From Candidatus Saccharimonadota bacterium (GTDB lineage Archaea > Nanohalarchaeota > Nanosalinia > Nanosalinales > Nanosalinaceae): a DNA stretch of 32,000 nt. The position numbers and the translations under genes were made by a program. Each line of letters opens with the position of its first letter. The stretch's first letter is position 1. Shown here piece after piece: positions 8,565 to 15,947 of the stretch. The stretch spans positions 900,001-932,000 of the forward strand of contig CP012986.1 in the NCBI GenBank assembly GCA_001761425.1, given 5' to 3'. The notes beneath the pieces are model-generated. The model did no database searches. It was not told the origin of the DNA and saw only the letters and a list, made by a program, of their open reading frames with translations.

Positions 8565-8959
8565 TCTTTACCACTCTCGTAGAGTTGGTAGAATCCCCAT
8601 GCTATGACGAAAAACGTCAGAGTGGTGGATGTATGAAGGAAGATTTCGACTGAATCCGCTCCAAACGGTCCGATCGTCTCCGGGCTTGCGATGTGGTAGT
8701 ACAGGTGAGGCAAAATGTAAATCCCGTAATAACCTATACCCACAGCTGCTATCGACATAGCCCTGCCGATCTCTCCCCCTACCAGGTTCACACCTTTATA
8801 CACGAAGTACAGAGATGCGAAAATGACAAGGGCATTGATAAGATCGACCACGGCCTCAACCTTGATAGGTAACTCCAGAATCATCGAGACCGTCGAGACA
8901 ATCAGAAGCAAGACGAAGGCACCTAGGATTATACCGTAATCTTTTTTCTCTAAACCCAT
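8561..8959 (-). CDS. small integral membrane protein (about 4 TM), unknown function, paralog A
   Basis: 132-aa hydrophobic ORF with the same architecture as 8178-8564. An ATTAAATATC TATA-like element lies about 32-40 nt upstream (8991-9003). Confidence 0.7.
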   Translation of the reverse strand: MGLEKKDYGIILGAFVLLLIVSTVSMILELPIKVEAVVDLINALVIFASLYFVYKGVNLVGGEIGRAMSIAAVGIGYYGIYILPHLYYHIASPETIGPFGADSVEIFLHTSTTLTFFVIAWGFYQLYESGKE

Positions 8960-9326
8960 AAAGTGCTCTAAGAGTAAAATGAAGACTTCTGATATTTAAT
9001 AGCTTCGGCAGAGAAAACAACGCCTGACAACGAAAAGAGTAAAAACATACGATAGAAGCCAGAGGCCCTGTAGATCCTCTTAAAAACAGCAGGCCTTCTC
9101 TGTCCCCCCTCCTTAACGTTTTCAGCGATCATTCCCGGATTTACTGCATCTTCAACTAGTTTTGTACCTGTCTAAAAGGTCTGAAAGATTTTTTCGTCTC
9201 TCTATTCTACTCCAACTCAACGGTAAGGCCTTTGATTTCCTTGGCTAGGATTGCTAGTTTGTGTAGAATTTTATGATGACTGAAGCATGGTTTCTGTCTG
9301 GTTCCACAGTTCAAAATGTAGGTGTG

Positions 9327-9348
9327 GATGGGCTCGACGGGATTTGAA
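9327..9348 (-). repeat. 22-nt direct repeat duplicating the 3' end of tRNA-Lys (T-loop, 3' T-stem, 3' acceptor strand, discriminator plus 2 nt)
   Basis: gatgggctcgacgggatttgaa at 9327-9348 is identical to 9400-9421. The sequence between the copies cannot form the 5' part of a cloverleaf because no GGGCTCG acceptor partner is present. Confidence 0.9.
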
Positions 9349-9401
9349 GCGAAAATGCAAGATTTTCTTGGTCAATTCGCGTCTTAACCAGCACGAAGTG
9401 A

Positions 9402-9475
9402 TGGGCTCGACGGGATTTGAACCCGCGACGACCGGCTTAAAAGGCCGGTGCTCTGCCAGGCTGAGCTACGAGCCC
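9402..9475 (-). tRNA. tRNA-Lys: tRNA-Lys (anticodon UUU)
   Basis: Minus strand: GGGCTCG-TA-GCTC-AGCCTGGCA-GAGC-A-CCGGC-CTTTTAA-GCCGG-TCGTC-GCGGG-TTCAAAT-CCCGT-CGAGCCC-A. This is a 74-nt canonical cloverleaf with no intron. Confidence 0.95.
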
Positions 9476-9551
9476 CGAGAACTTGTGAGAGTTCTATCAT
9501 CAGAAGCCGCATTCGGCAGAGGCCTTCAGCGGCTTTTGAAATATAATTTTT

Positions 9552-9767
9552 TTAGACGGTTTCGTGGTCAAATGTTCCGTACTGGATGTTTTCTACTGCT
9601 TCGTACGGGATGAAGACTTTTTCGGCCTGGATTTCATGTGCCTGTTCGTCTTCGTTGATGATGAACGGCTGTGAGGCCTTTACTCCGTTATCTGTTCTTT
9701 CTACGTGTGTCTGTTCTTCGACCATGAAGTCGCCTGCTTTGCTGAGGATGATAATGGAGAATTCCAT
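9552..9767 (-). CDS. hypothetical small acidic protein (71 aa)
   Basis: The ORF starts 4 nt after the L37e stop on the same strand, so co-transcription is likely. I recognise no motif. Confidence 0.5.
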   Translation of the reverse strand: MEFSIIILSKAGDFMVEEQTHVERTDNGVKASQPFIINEDEQAHEIQAEKVFIPYEAVENIQYGTFDHETV

Positions 9768-9771
9768 GTTT

Positions 9772-9933
9772 TTACTCTTTCCTCGGTTTGGCTGTGTTGA
9801 AGTCGTTTCTCTTCTTTGTTTTACCGAATCCGCATGATGCGCATTGGCCTTTCTGAAGGTGGTAGGCCTTTTCTCCGCATCTTCGGCATTTGCCGTGTGT
9901 TTTCTTGTTTCGTTTTCCTTTGTTAAGTCCCAT
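9772..9933 (-). CDS. rpl37e: 50S ribosomal protein L37e (eL37)
   Basis: This ORF is absent from the track because it is under 60 aa. My translation is [53 protein letters not shown] (53 aa). It has the L37e zinc ribbon CRRCG...CASCG and lies directly downstream of the LSm gene, as in most archaea. Confidence 0.9.
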   Translation of the reverse strand: MGLNKGKRNKKTHGKCRRCGEKAYHLQKGQCASCGFGKTKKRNDFNTAKPRKE

Positions 9934-10007
9934 TAGTCGAAACACCTGTATGTTTCTGGTAAGCTGAAAATCTGTGATTTTCGCATCAAGGTCACCTAGT
10001 TAGTTTT

Positions 10008-10253
10008 TTATTCTGGGCTGACGAAGAGGACGTTGTCTCCACGGACGAATAGTTTTCCGTAGTCTGTCTGTCCATCTTCTGTCTTGACTGAAGCGTCGTT
10101 CAGCCAGATGTTTAGGTGTTTGTCAAACGCCTGTAGCTCTCCGGATACTGTAGTATCTTTTCCTGAGTATCCCTTCAGCTTTACTAGAACGTTTCCTTGC
10201 TTTGAGTCATCGAGTACGTCAAAAGGCCTTCTGTTACTGTGGTTGTCAGACAT
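10008..10253 (-). CDS. Sm-like (LSm) RNA-binding protein
   Basis: Sm1 and Sm2 motifs are present (GELQAFDKHLNIWLNDA; LFVRGDNVLFVSP). I chose the internal ATG at 10253 (MSDNHSNRRPFDVL..), because the longer ORF to 10415 would overlap the divergent S8e start. Confidence 0.85.
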   Translation of the reverse strand: MSDNHSNRRPFDVLDDSKQGNVLVKLKGYSGKDTTVSGELQAFDKHLNIWLNDASVKTEDGQTDYGKLFVRGDNVLFVSPE

Positions 10254-10390
10254 TGAAATTAGGCACCTGTACATCTGAATACCTTGACAAGTATTATAAA
10301 CCCTTCGAGATTGTCTGATTAAAGGCCTTTCAGAGAGTTTGTATCGGGTTGAAATGTTCTTTTTATAAAATTTGGTCGATTTTTTGATGT

Positions 10391-10768
10391 ATGGCTGTTT
10401 GGCAAGATCGTTCACAGACTAAGAAGACAGGAGGGAAAACCCGCAGTTACAGAAAGTCCAGGAAGCATGATAAAGGAAACGAGTTCTCCGAACCCAGTGT
10501 CGGTGAGGAGAAACGTATCAAGAAGAGGACTCAGGGAGGACACGAGAAAAGCGTTCTCAAGCGTGCAGAGACGGTTAACGTTTCTGTGAACGGAGATGTG
10601 AAGAACGCAGAGATCGAATCTGTTGAAGATAATCCTGCGAACCCTAACTATGTTAGAAGAAGTCTTCTGACAAAGGGTGCTATCGTCCAGACTTCAGAGG
10701 GGAAGGCCCGCGTCACTTCAAGGCCTGGACAGGACGGAGTCGTCAACGCCAAGCTCGTAGAAGAGTAA
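10391..10768 (+). CDS. rps8e: 30S ribosomal protein S8e (eS8)
   Basis: 125-aa basic ORF. MAVWQDRSQTKKTGGK...RIKKRTQGG...VRRSLLTKGAIV is the typical S8e pattern. TTTTATAAAA lies about 25 nt upstream of the ATG. Confidence 0.85.
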   Translation: MAVWQDRSQTKKTGGKTRSYRKSRKHDKGNEFSEPSVGEEKRIKKRTQGGHEKSVLKRAETVNVSVNGDVKNAEIESVEDNPANPNYVRRSLLTKGAIVQTSEGKARVTSRPGQDGVVNAKLVEE

Positions 10769-10818
10769 CGGTAGATCCTGCAGCATCTTTTTTACCTTTC
10801 GTTAACCCTGTTTTCTGT

Positions 10819-11274
10819 ATGAACAAGGCCTCGAATCAAAACGCGTTCTACACCGTCTACCGTGGAGGTCTCGAAGATCTCTCCGAACTGGCTACAGAGT
10901 TTTGCCTCGGAGAGTACGGCGACAGATGCGAGTTCTACGAGGTCAGTATCCAGAGAACGCATCCGGATGATCATGTCTGGACTGTACACGAGTTTCCCAG
11001 CTTTGATTCCAGAGCTGTCCGGGCGATAAAACATCATCTGAAGGCCCGAAGAGATGTGGTGAAACTGGAGTTCGGTTCAGAACAGAGGCCTAACATGGAG
11101 ATCAGGCTTTGCAAAGCCCGGAACACAAACGTCCTGGCACGTTACCTCTCGAAAGATGAAAGGGAAGGCCTTGATGAAGACGATCTTGTGGTTCTTGCTG
11201 TGAACTATGAGGAGCTAGGCAGTGAGGCTGAAAGGTTTATACAGAAAGTTGAAGGCCTTGAAAATAAAGAGTAG
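10819..11274 (+). CDS. hypothetical protein (151 aa)
   Basis: This is the longest ORF at the locus. Its acidic composition matches the neighbouring genes, and the opposing 81-aa ORF (10792-11037) looks like a shadow. No motif recognised. Confidence 0.55.
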   Translation: MNKASNQNAFYTVYRGGLEDLSELATEFCLGEYGDRCEFYEVSIQRTHPDDHVWTVHEFPSFDSRAVRAIKHHLKARRDVVKLEFGSEQRPNMEIRLCKARNTNVLARYLSKDEREGLDEDDLVVLAVNYEELGSEAERFIQKVEGLENKE

Positions 11275-11298
11275 AGAAAAGAGAGGATGTTGGCAGTT

Positions 11299-11418
11299 TC
11301 ACTCGTTTCTGTAACTTACTAGGTCTCTGATGTATGAGAACACTCTATCTGAGAGGCTCTCACTGTCGAACTCCACCGAGATCTGATGGCCGGTGTCGTC
11401 CATGAAATCAGATGCCAT
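11299..11418 (-). CDS. candidate small acidic protein (39 aa)
   Basis: Below the ORF-track cutoff. My translation is MASDFMDDTGHQISVEFDSESLSDRVFSYIRDLVSYRNE. A palindromic TATA element TTTATAAA at 11442-11449 lies 24-31 nt upstream of the ATG, which is leaderless geometry. Confidence 0.3.
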   Translation of the reverse strand: MASDFMDDTGHQISVEFDSESLSDRVFSYIRDLVSYRNE

Positions 11419-11610
11419 CAACTAATAACAGGACCTTAAACTTTATAAACGATGATGGCCTCACCGGATCTAATCGTTTTATAGGACTTCTAAGGCCTTG
11501 AGAGAAGTTTTTCTTTTCCCCATGATTTTTCAAAGGAGTAGAAGGCCTCTTGTGCCTGGATTCCTGGACTTATCCGTTGACTTCTGGGAAACTGGTGTCC
11601 AGGTATTCAG

Positions 11611-12696
11611 TTAGACATGTCTCAGGTTCAGCTGAAGAATATCTTCATCCGCCAGTTCATGCTCTGTTCCGACTTTCTGCTTCGGGAATTTTGAGCTTTC
11701 GCCAGTAACCTTTGCGTCCTTGAAACGATCTCTCATATCTCCTGGAAGCTCGTCAAGGGCTTCGCCGACGGTCGCACCTTCTGTCATTATGAGAGGATCT
11801 TTTTTATCTGGATCCTCGCCTTTCTCCTTCATGTAAACCCTGATCAGGCTGAGGCCTTCGAAGATCTGATCTTTTAACTCTTCAAGGCCTTTTCCTGTCT
11901 CTGCGGACATCAGTAGGTCGTATTTTCCCCCATATTCTTTTCTTTTTTCTTCAGTTAGCATGTCGGATTTGTTCACAGTTGTTATCGCCGGGACATATTT
12001 CCTGTTTCTCATCAGGCCGTCGATGAACCTGTCGAGATCCATCTGCTCTCTTATTATGACCTCCGCGTTTGTGTATCCTTTCTGGTGCATCAACTGCTTG
12101 ATAGTCTCGTCCTCGATGTCCAGATCTACAGTTGTCGATATGTTGATACCTCCTTTGCCTTTTTTCTCTACCTTCATGTTGGGAGGACTTGTGTTAATTC
12201 TGATTCCTGCATCGTATAACTCGGATTTGATCTCATCCTCCCTCATCTCCTCAGGATCAAGTAAAATCACCACAAACTCTGCGTTTCTCACAACTGAGAG
12301 GACCTGTGTTCCACCTCCTCTACCATCGGCAGCACCTCCTATAAGGCCTGGTACGTCCAGTATCTGTATCTTGGCTCCCTTATGCTCCAGCATTCCAGGG
12401 TTAACATCAAGGGTTGTGAACTCGTACGCGCCGGTATCCGAGTCCGCGTTCGTCACCTGGTTGAGAAGTGTGCTTTTTCCTACGCTGGGGAATCCGACCA
12501 GTGCCACGGTTTTATCGCCTTTTTTCTTCACCGCATAACCGCTGGTCTCGCCAGTCCCTTTCTGCTTCTTCTGCTTCTCCTCCTTCAGATCCGCAATCTG
12601 GCCTTTGATACGGCCTCTCTCCGTCTCTGTCGCCTTATTCACCGGCGTCTTCTCCAGCTTATCCTCCAGTTCCTGAATCCTGTCGTCGATCCCCAT
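11611..12696 (-). CDS. drg: developmentally regulated GTP-binding protein (DRG/Obg-family GTPase with C-terminal TGS domain)
   Basis: 361-aa ORF with G1 GFPSVGKS, G3 DVPG, G4 NKSD, an N-terminal coiled basic segment and a C-terminal TGS-like LIRVYMKEKG...GATVGEALDELPGD. Confidence 0.9.
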   Translation of the reverse strand: MGIDDRIQELEDKLEKTPVNKATETERGRIKGQIADLKEEKQKKQKGTGETSGYAVKKKGDKTVALVGFPSVGKSTLLNQVTNADSDTGAYEFTTLDVNPGMLEHKGAKIQILDVPGLIGGAADGRGGGTQVLSVVRNAEFVVILLDPEEMREDEIKSELYDAGIRINTSPPNMKVEKKGKGGINISTTVDLDIEDETIKQLMHQKGYTNAEVIIREQMDLDRFIDGLMRNRKYVPAITTVNKSDMLTEEKRKEYGGKYDLLMSAETGKGLEELKDQIFEGLSLIRVYMKEKGEDPDKKDPLIMTEGATVGEALDELPGDMRDRFKDAKVTGESSKFPKQKVGTEHELADEDILQLNLRHV

Positions 12697-12799
12697 ACAT
12701 CTGTGAAAAAGTCTTTCAGTTTCAAAAGTCTAGCGGAAAAGGCCTAAAGATCAGGAAATAGAGATAGAGAAATAAGAGAGAAAATTAGGTGATGAAGCT

Positions 12800-13117
12800 T
12801 TACTCGTCAGCTTCCTGTGCTTCGTCGGCCATCTCTATGTTGCCGTCTCTGCCTATGTTAAGCTGAATGTCTTCAGCCCATTCCCTGACGTATGCTCCTG
12901 TGATCTGGACCTCTGCTCCTTCCTCGATAGCTTCGATCTCTTCCTCCCACAGTGTCAGGTCGATCTCTCCTGTATCATCCTCGAAAACCGCGGTTACTAT
13001 CTTCTTCTGGCCGTAACGTGTTGAAACGGCGCGTGGAGTTGGTAGTTCCTTGATTGTTCCTGTGATTTCGACATCATCTGCTTCTGGGTCAAGTTCCTCA
13101 ACTGTCATTTCGGGCAT
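12800..13117 (-). CDS. single OB-fold nucleic-acid-binding protein (SSB/RPA-like)
   Basis: 105-aa ORF. VEITGTIKELPTPRAVSTRYGQKKIVTAVFEDDTGEIDLTLWEEE...VQITGAYVREW follows the OB-fold ssDNA-binding pattern, and the protein ends in an acidic tail. Confidence 0.65.
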   Translation of the reverse strand: MPEMTVEELDPEADDVEITGTIKELPTPRAVSTRYGQKKIVTAVFEDDTGEIDLTLWEEEIEAIEEGAEVQITGAYVREWAEDIQLNIGRDGNIEMADEAQEADE

Positions 13118-13217
13118 CTATACCACTAAGAAAACCACAACTTGCTAATCTTAAAAGCTTTCCGCTAAAAGGCCTCACAGATCAACAGTTTAAAGCATCA
13201 AAAAACCATACAAGGAC

Positions 13218-14093
13218 GTGAAACTTCCCTGGAACACCGATAAGGAAAAAAGAATACAGGAACTCGAAAAGAAAATTGAAGACCTTGAAGAGAAAAGACA
13301 GAAACTGGAGAACCAGTACCATGCAGAAAAAGACAGAAGATCCAAACTATCCAGAGAGAAACAGGAAGCAGAGGAAAAACTCAACAGGCTTAAAGACAAA
13401 GTAGAAGGCCTCAAAGGAGAAAAAGAACAGGAAGAAAGAGAGGAGCGGAAAGGCCTTGAAAGCATCGGCTTCGAACAGGCCTACCAGCTCATGGAAAAAC
13501 TCTCCACACTGGAAGGTAGAAAAGAGGAGTTCGTAACCGTTTACTGTCCCGGAAAGTTTGAGGACTTTGACAGAAGAAAGGATCTAAAGAATTCTGTAGA
13601 TAAAAAAGATTTTGAACATCTCTCAGGGAAAAAGAGTTTTACAGCTTTCATGGACGAGGACCTGGGTTCCTGGATGCTGGAGACAAGGCCTTTCTTCACT
13701 CAAAAACTGGAGATAGATGAAAATTTCGATGTTTCAGGCCTTCTAAGTTTTATCGAAGAGGAAAAGATCTGGGTTTTACTTTCTGCGGGAAACACGAAAA
13801 TCTTCAGGGAGGAGCAGGGAAAATTTGAAGAGATCGAGGCCTTGAACTCCCGTATCGAGGAGAAGCATTCGAAAGGCGGTTTCTCGCAGGGCCGGTTTGA
13901 AAGGAAGCGTGAGGAGCAGATCAGGCAGTACATGGATGAGGTTAAGGATTTCGTTGAAGGCCTTGACGGCGAAGTCTTTTTACTGGGTGATCAGCGTTTC
14001 TGCGAGGAAGTCCCTGGTAAACGTCTGGGAGGCTTCGATCCGAACAGGGGAAGGCCTGACCAGTTCTACGGCTTCAGGCTGAAAAGGTTCTGA
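13218..14093 (+). CDS. Vms1/ANKZF1-like (VLRF1, eRF1-fold) putative peptidyl-tRNA hydrolase with N-terminal coiled coil
   Basis: 291-aa ORF with a GTG start. The N-terminal 80 aa form a K/E-rich heptad-like coiled coil. The C-terminal part has WVLLSAGNTKIF followed by HSKGGFSQGRFERKREEQ, matching the Vms1-family GxxQ/GSQ loop and RF-x-R signature as I recall it. Confidence 0.55.
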   Translation: MKLPWNTDKEKRIQELEKKIEDLEEKRQKLENQYHAEKDRRSKLSREKQEAEEKLNRLKDKVEGLKGEKEQEEREERKGLESIGFEQAYQLMEKLSTLEGRKEEFVTVYCPGKFEDFDRRKDLKNSVDKKDFEHLSGKKSFTAFMDEDLGSWMLETRPFFTQKLEIDENFDVSGLLSFIEEEKIWVLLSAGNTKIFREEQGKFEEIEALNSRIEEKHSKGGFSQGRFERKREEQIRQYMDEVKDFVEGLDGEVFLLGDQRFCEEVPGKRLGGFDPNRGRPDQFYGFRLKRF

Positions 14094-14126
14094 ATTTTTT
14101 AACTCTGGCGTTGAGAAATTTCTTTT

Positions 14127-14870
14127 ATGGATTATGGATCTGAAGAGGAGAAAATCCGTGACATCAATAGAAAATTGAGGGATTACTACGGGAGGCCTGA
14201 GCCTCCTCAAGATCTTTCCGGGATCGAATACTTGATTGAGACAATTTTATCCCAGAATACGAACGATGTGAACCGGGACAAGGCCTTTAATCAGTTGAAG
14301 GAGAAGTACGGCGATGACTGGGAGAAAGTGGAGAACGAAGACATCAATGAGTTAACAGATACTATCAGAGTCGCGGGCCTCGGTCCTACGAAGGCAGAGA
14401 GGATTCAGGAAAGCCTGAGGATAGTCCGTAAAGATAGCCGAAGCTCTGGAGATGTAGAAGAGTCTTCGAATCAGGGAGAATATGATCTAGAGTTCATCGA
14501 GGATATGAGTATTGAAGAGGGTAAGGCCTGGTTGACGGATATCCCTGGTATCGGGCCTAAGACCGCAGCTATCATCCTCTGTTTCTACTTCAGGAAGCCT
14601 GTGATGCCTGTTGATACACATGTTCATAGAATCTCGAAGCGTCTAGGCCTTATCCCGGAAAATGCTTCACGTACAGAGGCACATAGTCTCCTTGAGGAGA
14701 AAGTGCCTGATGATATTAAATACGAGTTTCACCGGCTTTTAATCGATCATGGGAGAGAACACTGCAAAGCCCGCAACCCGACCTGCGAGGAAGGCCCTAT
14801 ACCCGGGTACTGCAAGCATTACAGGAAGGTGGAAAACGGTGGTAAGGATCCAGATGAAGTCCCGTATTAG
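14127..14870 (+). CDS. nth: endonuclease III-like HhH-GPD DNA glycosylase/lyase
   Basis: ILSQNTNDVN, the HhH motif IPGIGPKTAAIIL with the catalytic Lys, VDTHVHRISKRLGL with the catalytic Asp, and a C-terminal Cys cluster CKARNPTC...GYC. Confidence 0.85.
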   Translation: MDYGSEEEKIRDINRKLRDYYGRPEPPQDLSGIEYLIETILSQNTNDVNRDKAFNQLKEKYGDDWEKVENEDINELTDTIRVAGLGPTKAERIQESLRIVRKDSRSSGDVEESSNQGEYDLEFIEDMSIEEGKAWLTDIPGIGPKTAAIILCFYFRKPVMPVDTHVHRISKRLGLIPENASRTEAHSLLEEKVPDDIKYEFHRLLIDHGREHCKARNPTCEEGPIPGYCKHYRKVENGGKDPDEVPY

Positions 14871-15675
14871 ACATCTCTACGATCTTGGACGGCTTTACCT
14901 GCTTCCAGGAACCATACTGGCTGTGTACGCTGGCGTAGCCTCTTACTCCGAGCTGACACTGGCTAAATCAGTTAAGACATTCTTCGCAGCTCTTCTGCTA
15001 AACTTCGTGTTTTTCTCACCGAACGATGTCTTCGACAGAGAGACAGACCGGGAGAATGAGAGAAAAGGGACTATGTTCGAAGGCCTTGTAGAGAAAAAAG
15101 GATTTCCGGAGAGGATAGCAGCTGGAAGCGTTGTTTTAAGCTATTTAACTGCTATGATCTCCGGAGGATTTTTAGGCCTTTCGATAGCTGTCGTTACTAC
15201 CGCGTCCGTTCTTTACTCGGTTCCTCCTGTCCGTCTGAAGACAAGGCCTCCATTTGATTCGTTGATCAATGGTATAGGCGTGTTTTTCATCTTTTCCACA
15301 GGTGTAGCCATCGCTGGCGGAGGTCTTTCGGATGTTATCTCCGGTGCTTATTGGTTCTCCGCAATAGGTGCAGGATTTCATGTAATGCTGGCTGCACCGG
15401 ATATAGAGGCAGATAGAAAAGCCGGGATCAGGACTACAGCCATGATCCTGGGCTGGAAAGGCTCAGTAGTTTTCGCCCAGGGCATAATCCTTCTGTCACT
15501 GATCTTCGAGAACTGGAGCACTTTGACCAGAAACTTTTTACTCATCAACTTTTTCGGACTTTCTCTGATGTGGAAAAAACGGGGTAAGAAAAACACTGTA
15601 AGAATAATTTTTCTCGGAGGTCTCACCATGGTAGTTTACCTAGGTTATTATGCGTACAGTAGAGGCCTGATGTAG
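14854..15675 (+). CDS. UbiA-family prenyltransferase
   Basis: Asp-rich motifs NDVFDRETD and DIEADRKAG with about 8 TM segments. I prefer the ATG at 14854 (MKSRIRHL..), which overlaps the nth 3' end by 17 nt, to the longer ORF from 14749. Confidence 0.8.
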   Translation: MKSRIRHLYDLGRLYLLPGTILAVYAGVASYSELTLAKSVKTFFAALLLNFVFFSPNDVFDRETDRENERKGTMFEGLVEKKGFPERIAAGSVVLSYLTAMISGGFLGLSIAVVTTASVLYSVPPVRLKTRPPFDSLINGIGVFFIFSTGVAIAGGGLSDVISGAYWFSAIGAGFHVMLAAPDIEADRKAGIRTTAMILGWKGSVVFAQGIILLSLIFENWSTLTRNFLLINFFGLSLMWKKRGKKNTVRIIFLGGLTMVVYLGYYAYSRGLM

Positions 15676-15710
15676 AAAAGGAAGAAATGAGAGTAGATGG
15701 AAGACCTTTT

Positions 15711-15947
15711 TTACTCGTCTTCGAGCTGGTCTTCTAGATCTTCGAGGCCTTCAGCGCCCTGTGCCTGCTGCTCCTGCATCTCTTCGACGATGTTCTGAGC
15801 TTCTTCGTTGATCTCGTCCTGATCGACGATGTCGTTCTCCTCAAGTACTGAGAGAAGAGCATGGACTGTAAGCTCTAGGTTGCCGAGTTTCTGCTGGAAC
15901 ATCTGCATGGCCTGCTGTGGGCCGACTTCTTCTGGTTGATCTGCCAT
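15711..15947 (-). CDS. hypothetical small highly acidic protein (78 aa)
   Basis: ORF with a GAGGTGAA Shine-Dalgarno-like motif 8-12 nt upstream (15955-15959). It is helical, Q/E/D-rich, and has no motif I recognise. Confidence 0.55.
   Translation of the reverse strand: MADQPEEVGPQQAMQMFQQKLGNLELTVHALLSVLEENDIVDQDEINEEAQNIVEEMQEQQAQGAEGLEDLEDQLEDE

Noticed and set aside
8095-8574. 159-aa minus-strand ORF overlapping membrane paralog B in another frame
   Set aside because: Its R/H/N/P-rich composition is unlike anything else in the window. The alternative frame gives a clean 4-TM protein paralogous to its neighbour.
9273-9283. ATGATGA immediately followed by CTGA, resembling box C and box D of a C/D sRNA
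   Set aside because: The two boxes abut with no guide region. I found no second C'/D' pair or terminal D box within about 70 nt on either strand.
9349-9401. A second, divergent tRNA or a Nanoarchaeum-style split tRNA half between the two 22-nt repeats
   Set aside because: No complementary 5' acceptor strand is present. The would-be 5' T-stem (TTCGC) cannot pair with CCCGT, and there is no plausible anticodon arm.
9287-9613. 108-aa plus-strand ORF
   Set aside because: It runs antisense straight through tRNA-Lys and its 3' duplicate, so it is an artefact.
10792-11037. 81-aa minus-strand ORF opposite the 151-aa hypothetical
   Set aside because: It is shorter, and it would have to be transcribed into the rps8e 3' end. 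The plus-strand ORF has composition typical of the proteome. The choice remains tentative.
13190-13465. 91-aa minus-strand S/L/F-rich ORF
   Set aside because: It is the antisense reading of the K/E-rich coiled-coil region of the Vms1-like gene, a low-complexity mirror artefact.
14749-14853. 35-aa N-terminal extension of the UbiA ORF, and similar long-ORF extensions of LSm (10254-10415), L15e (21673-21747) and PCD (19540-19569)
   Set aside because: The extensions overlap neighbouring genes or promoters and add non-conserved-looking sequence. In each case an internal ATG gives the canonical family N-terminus.
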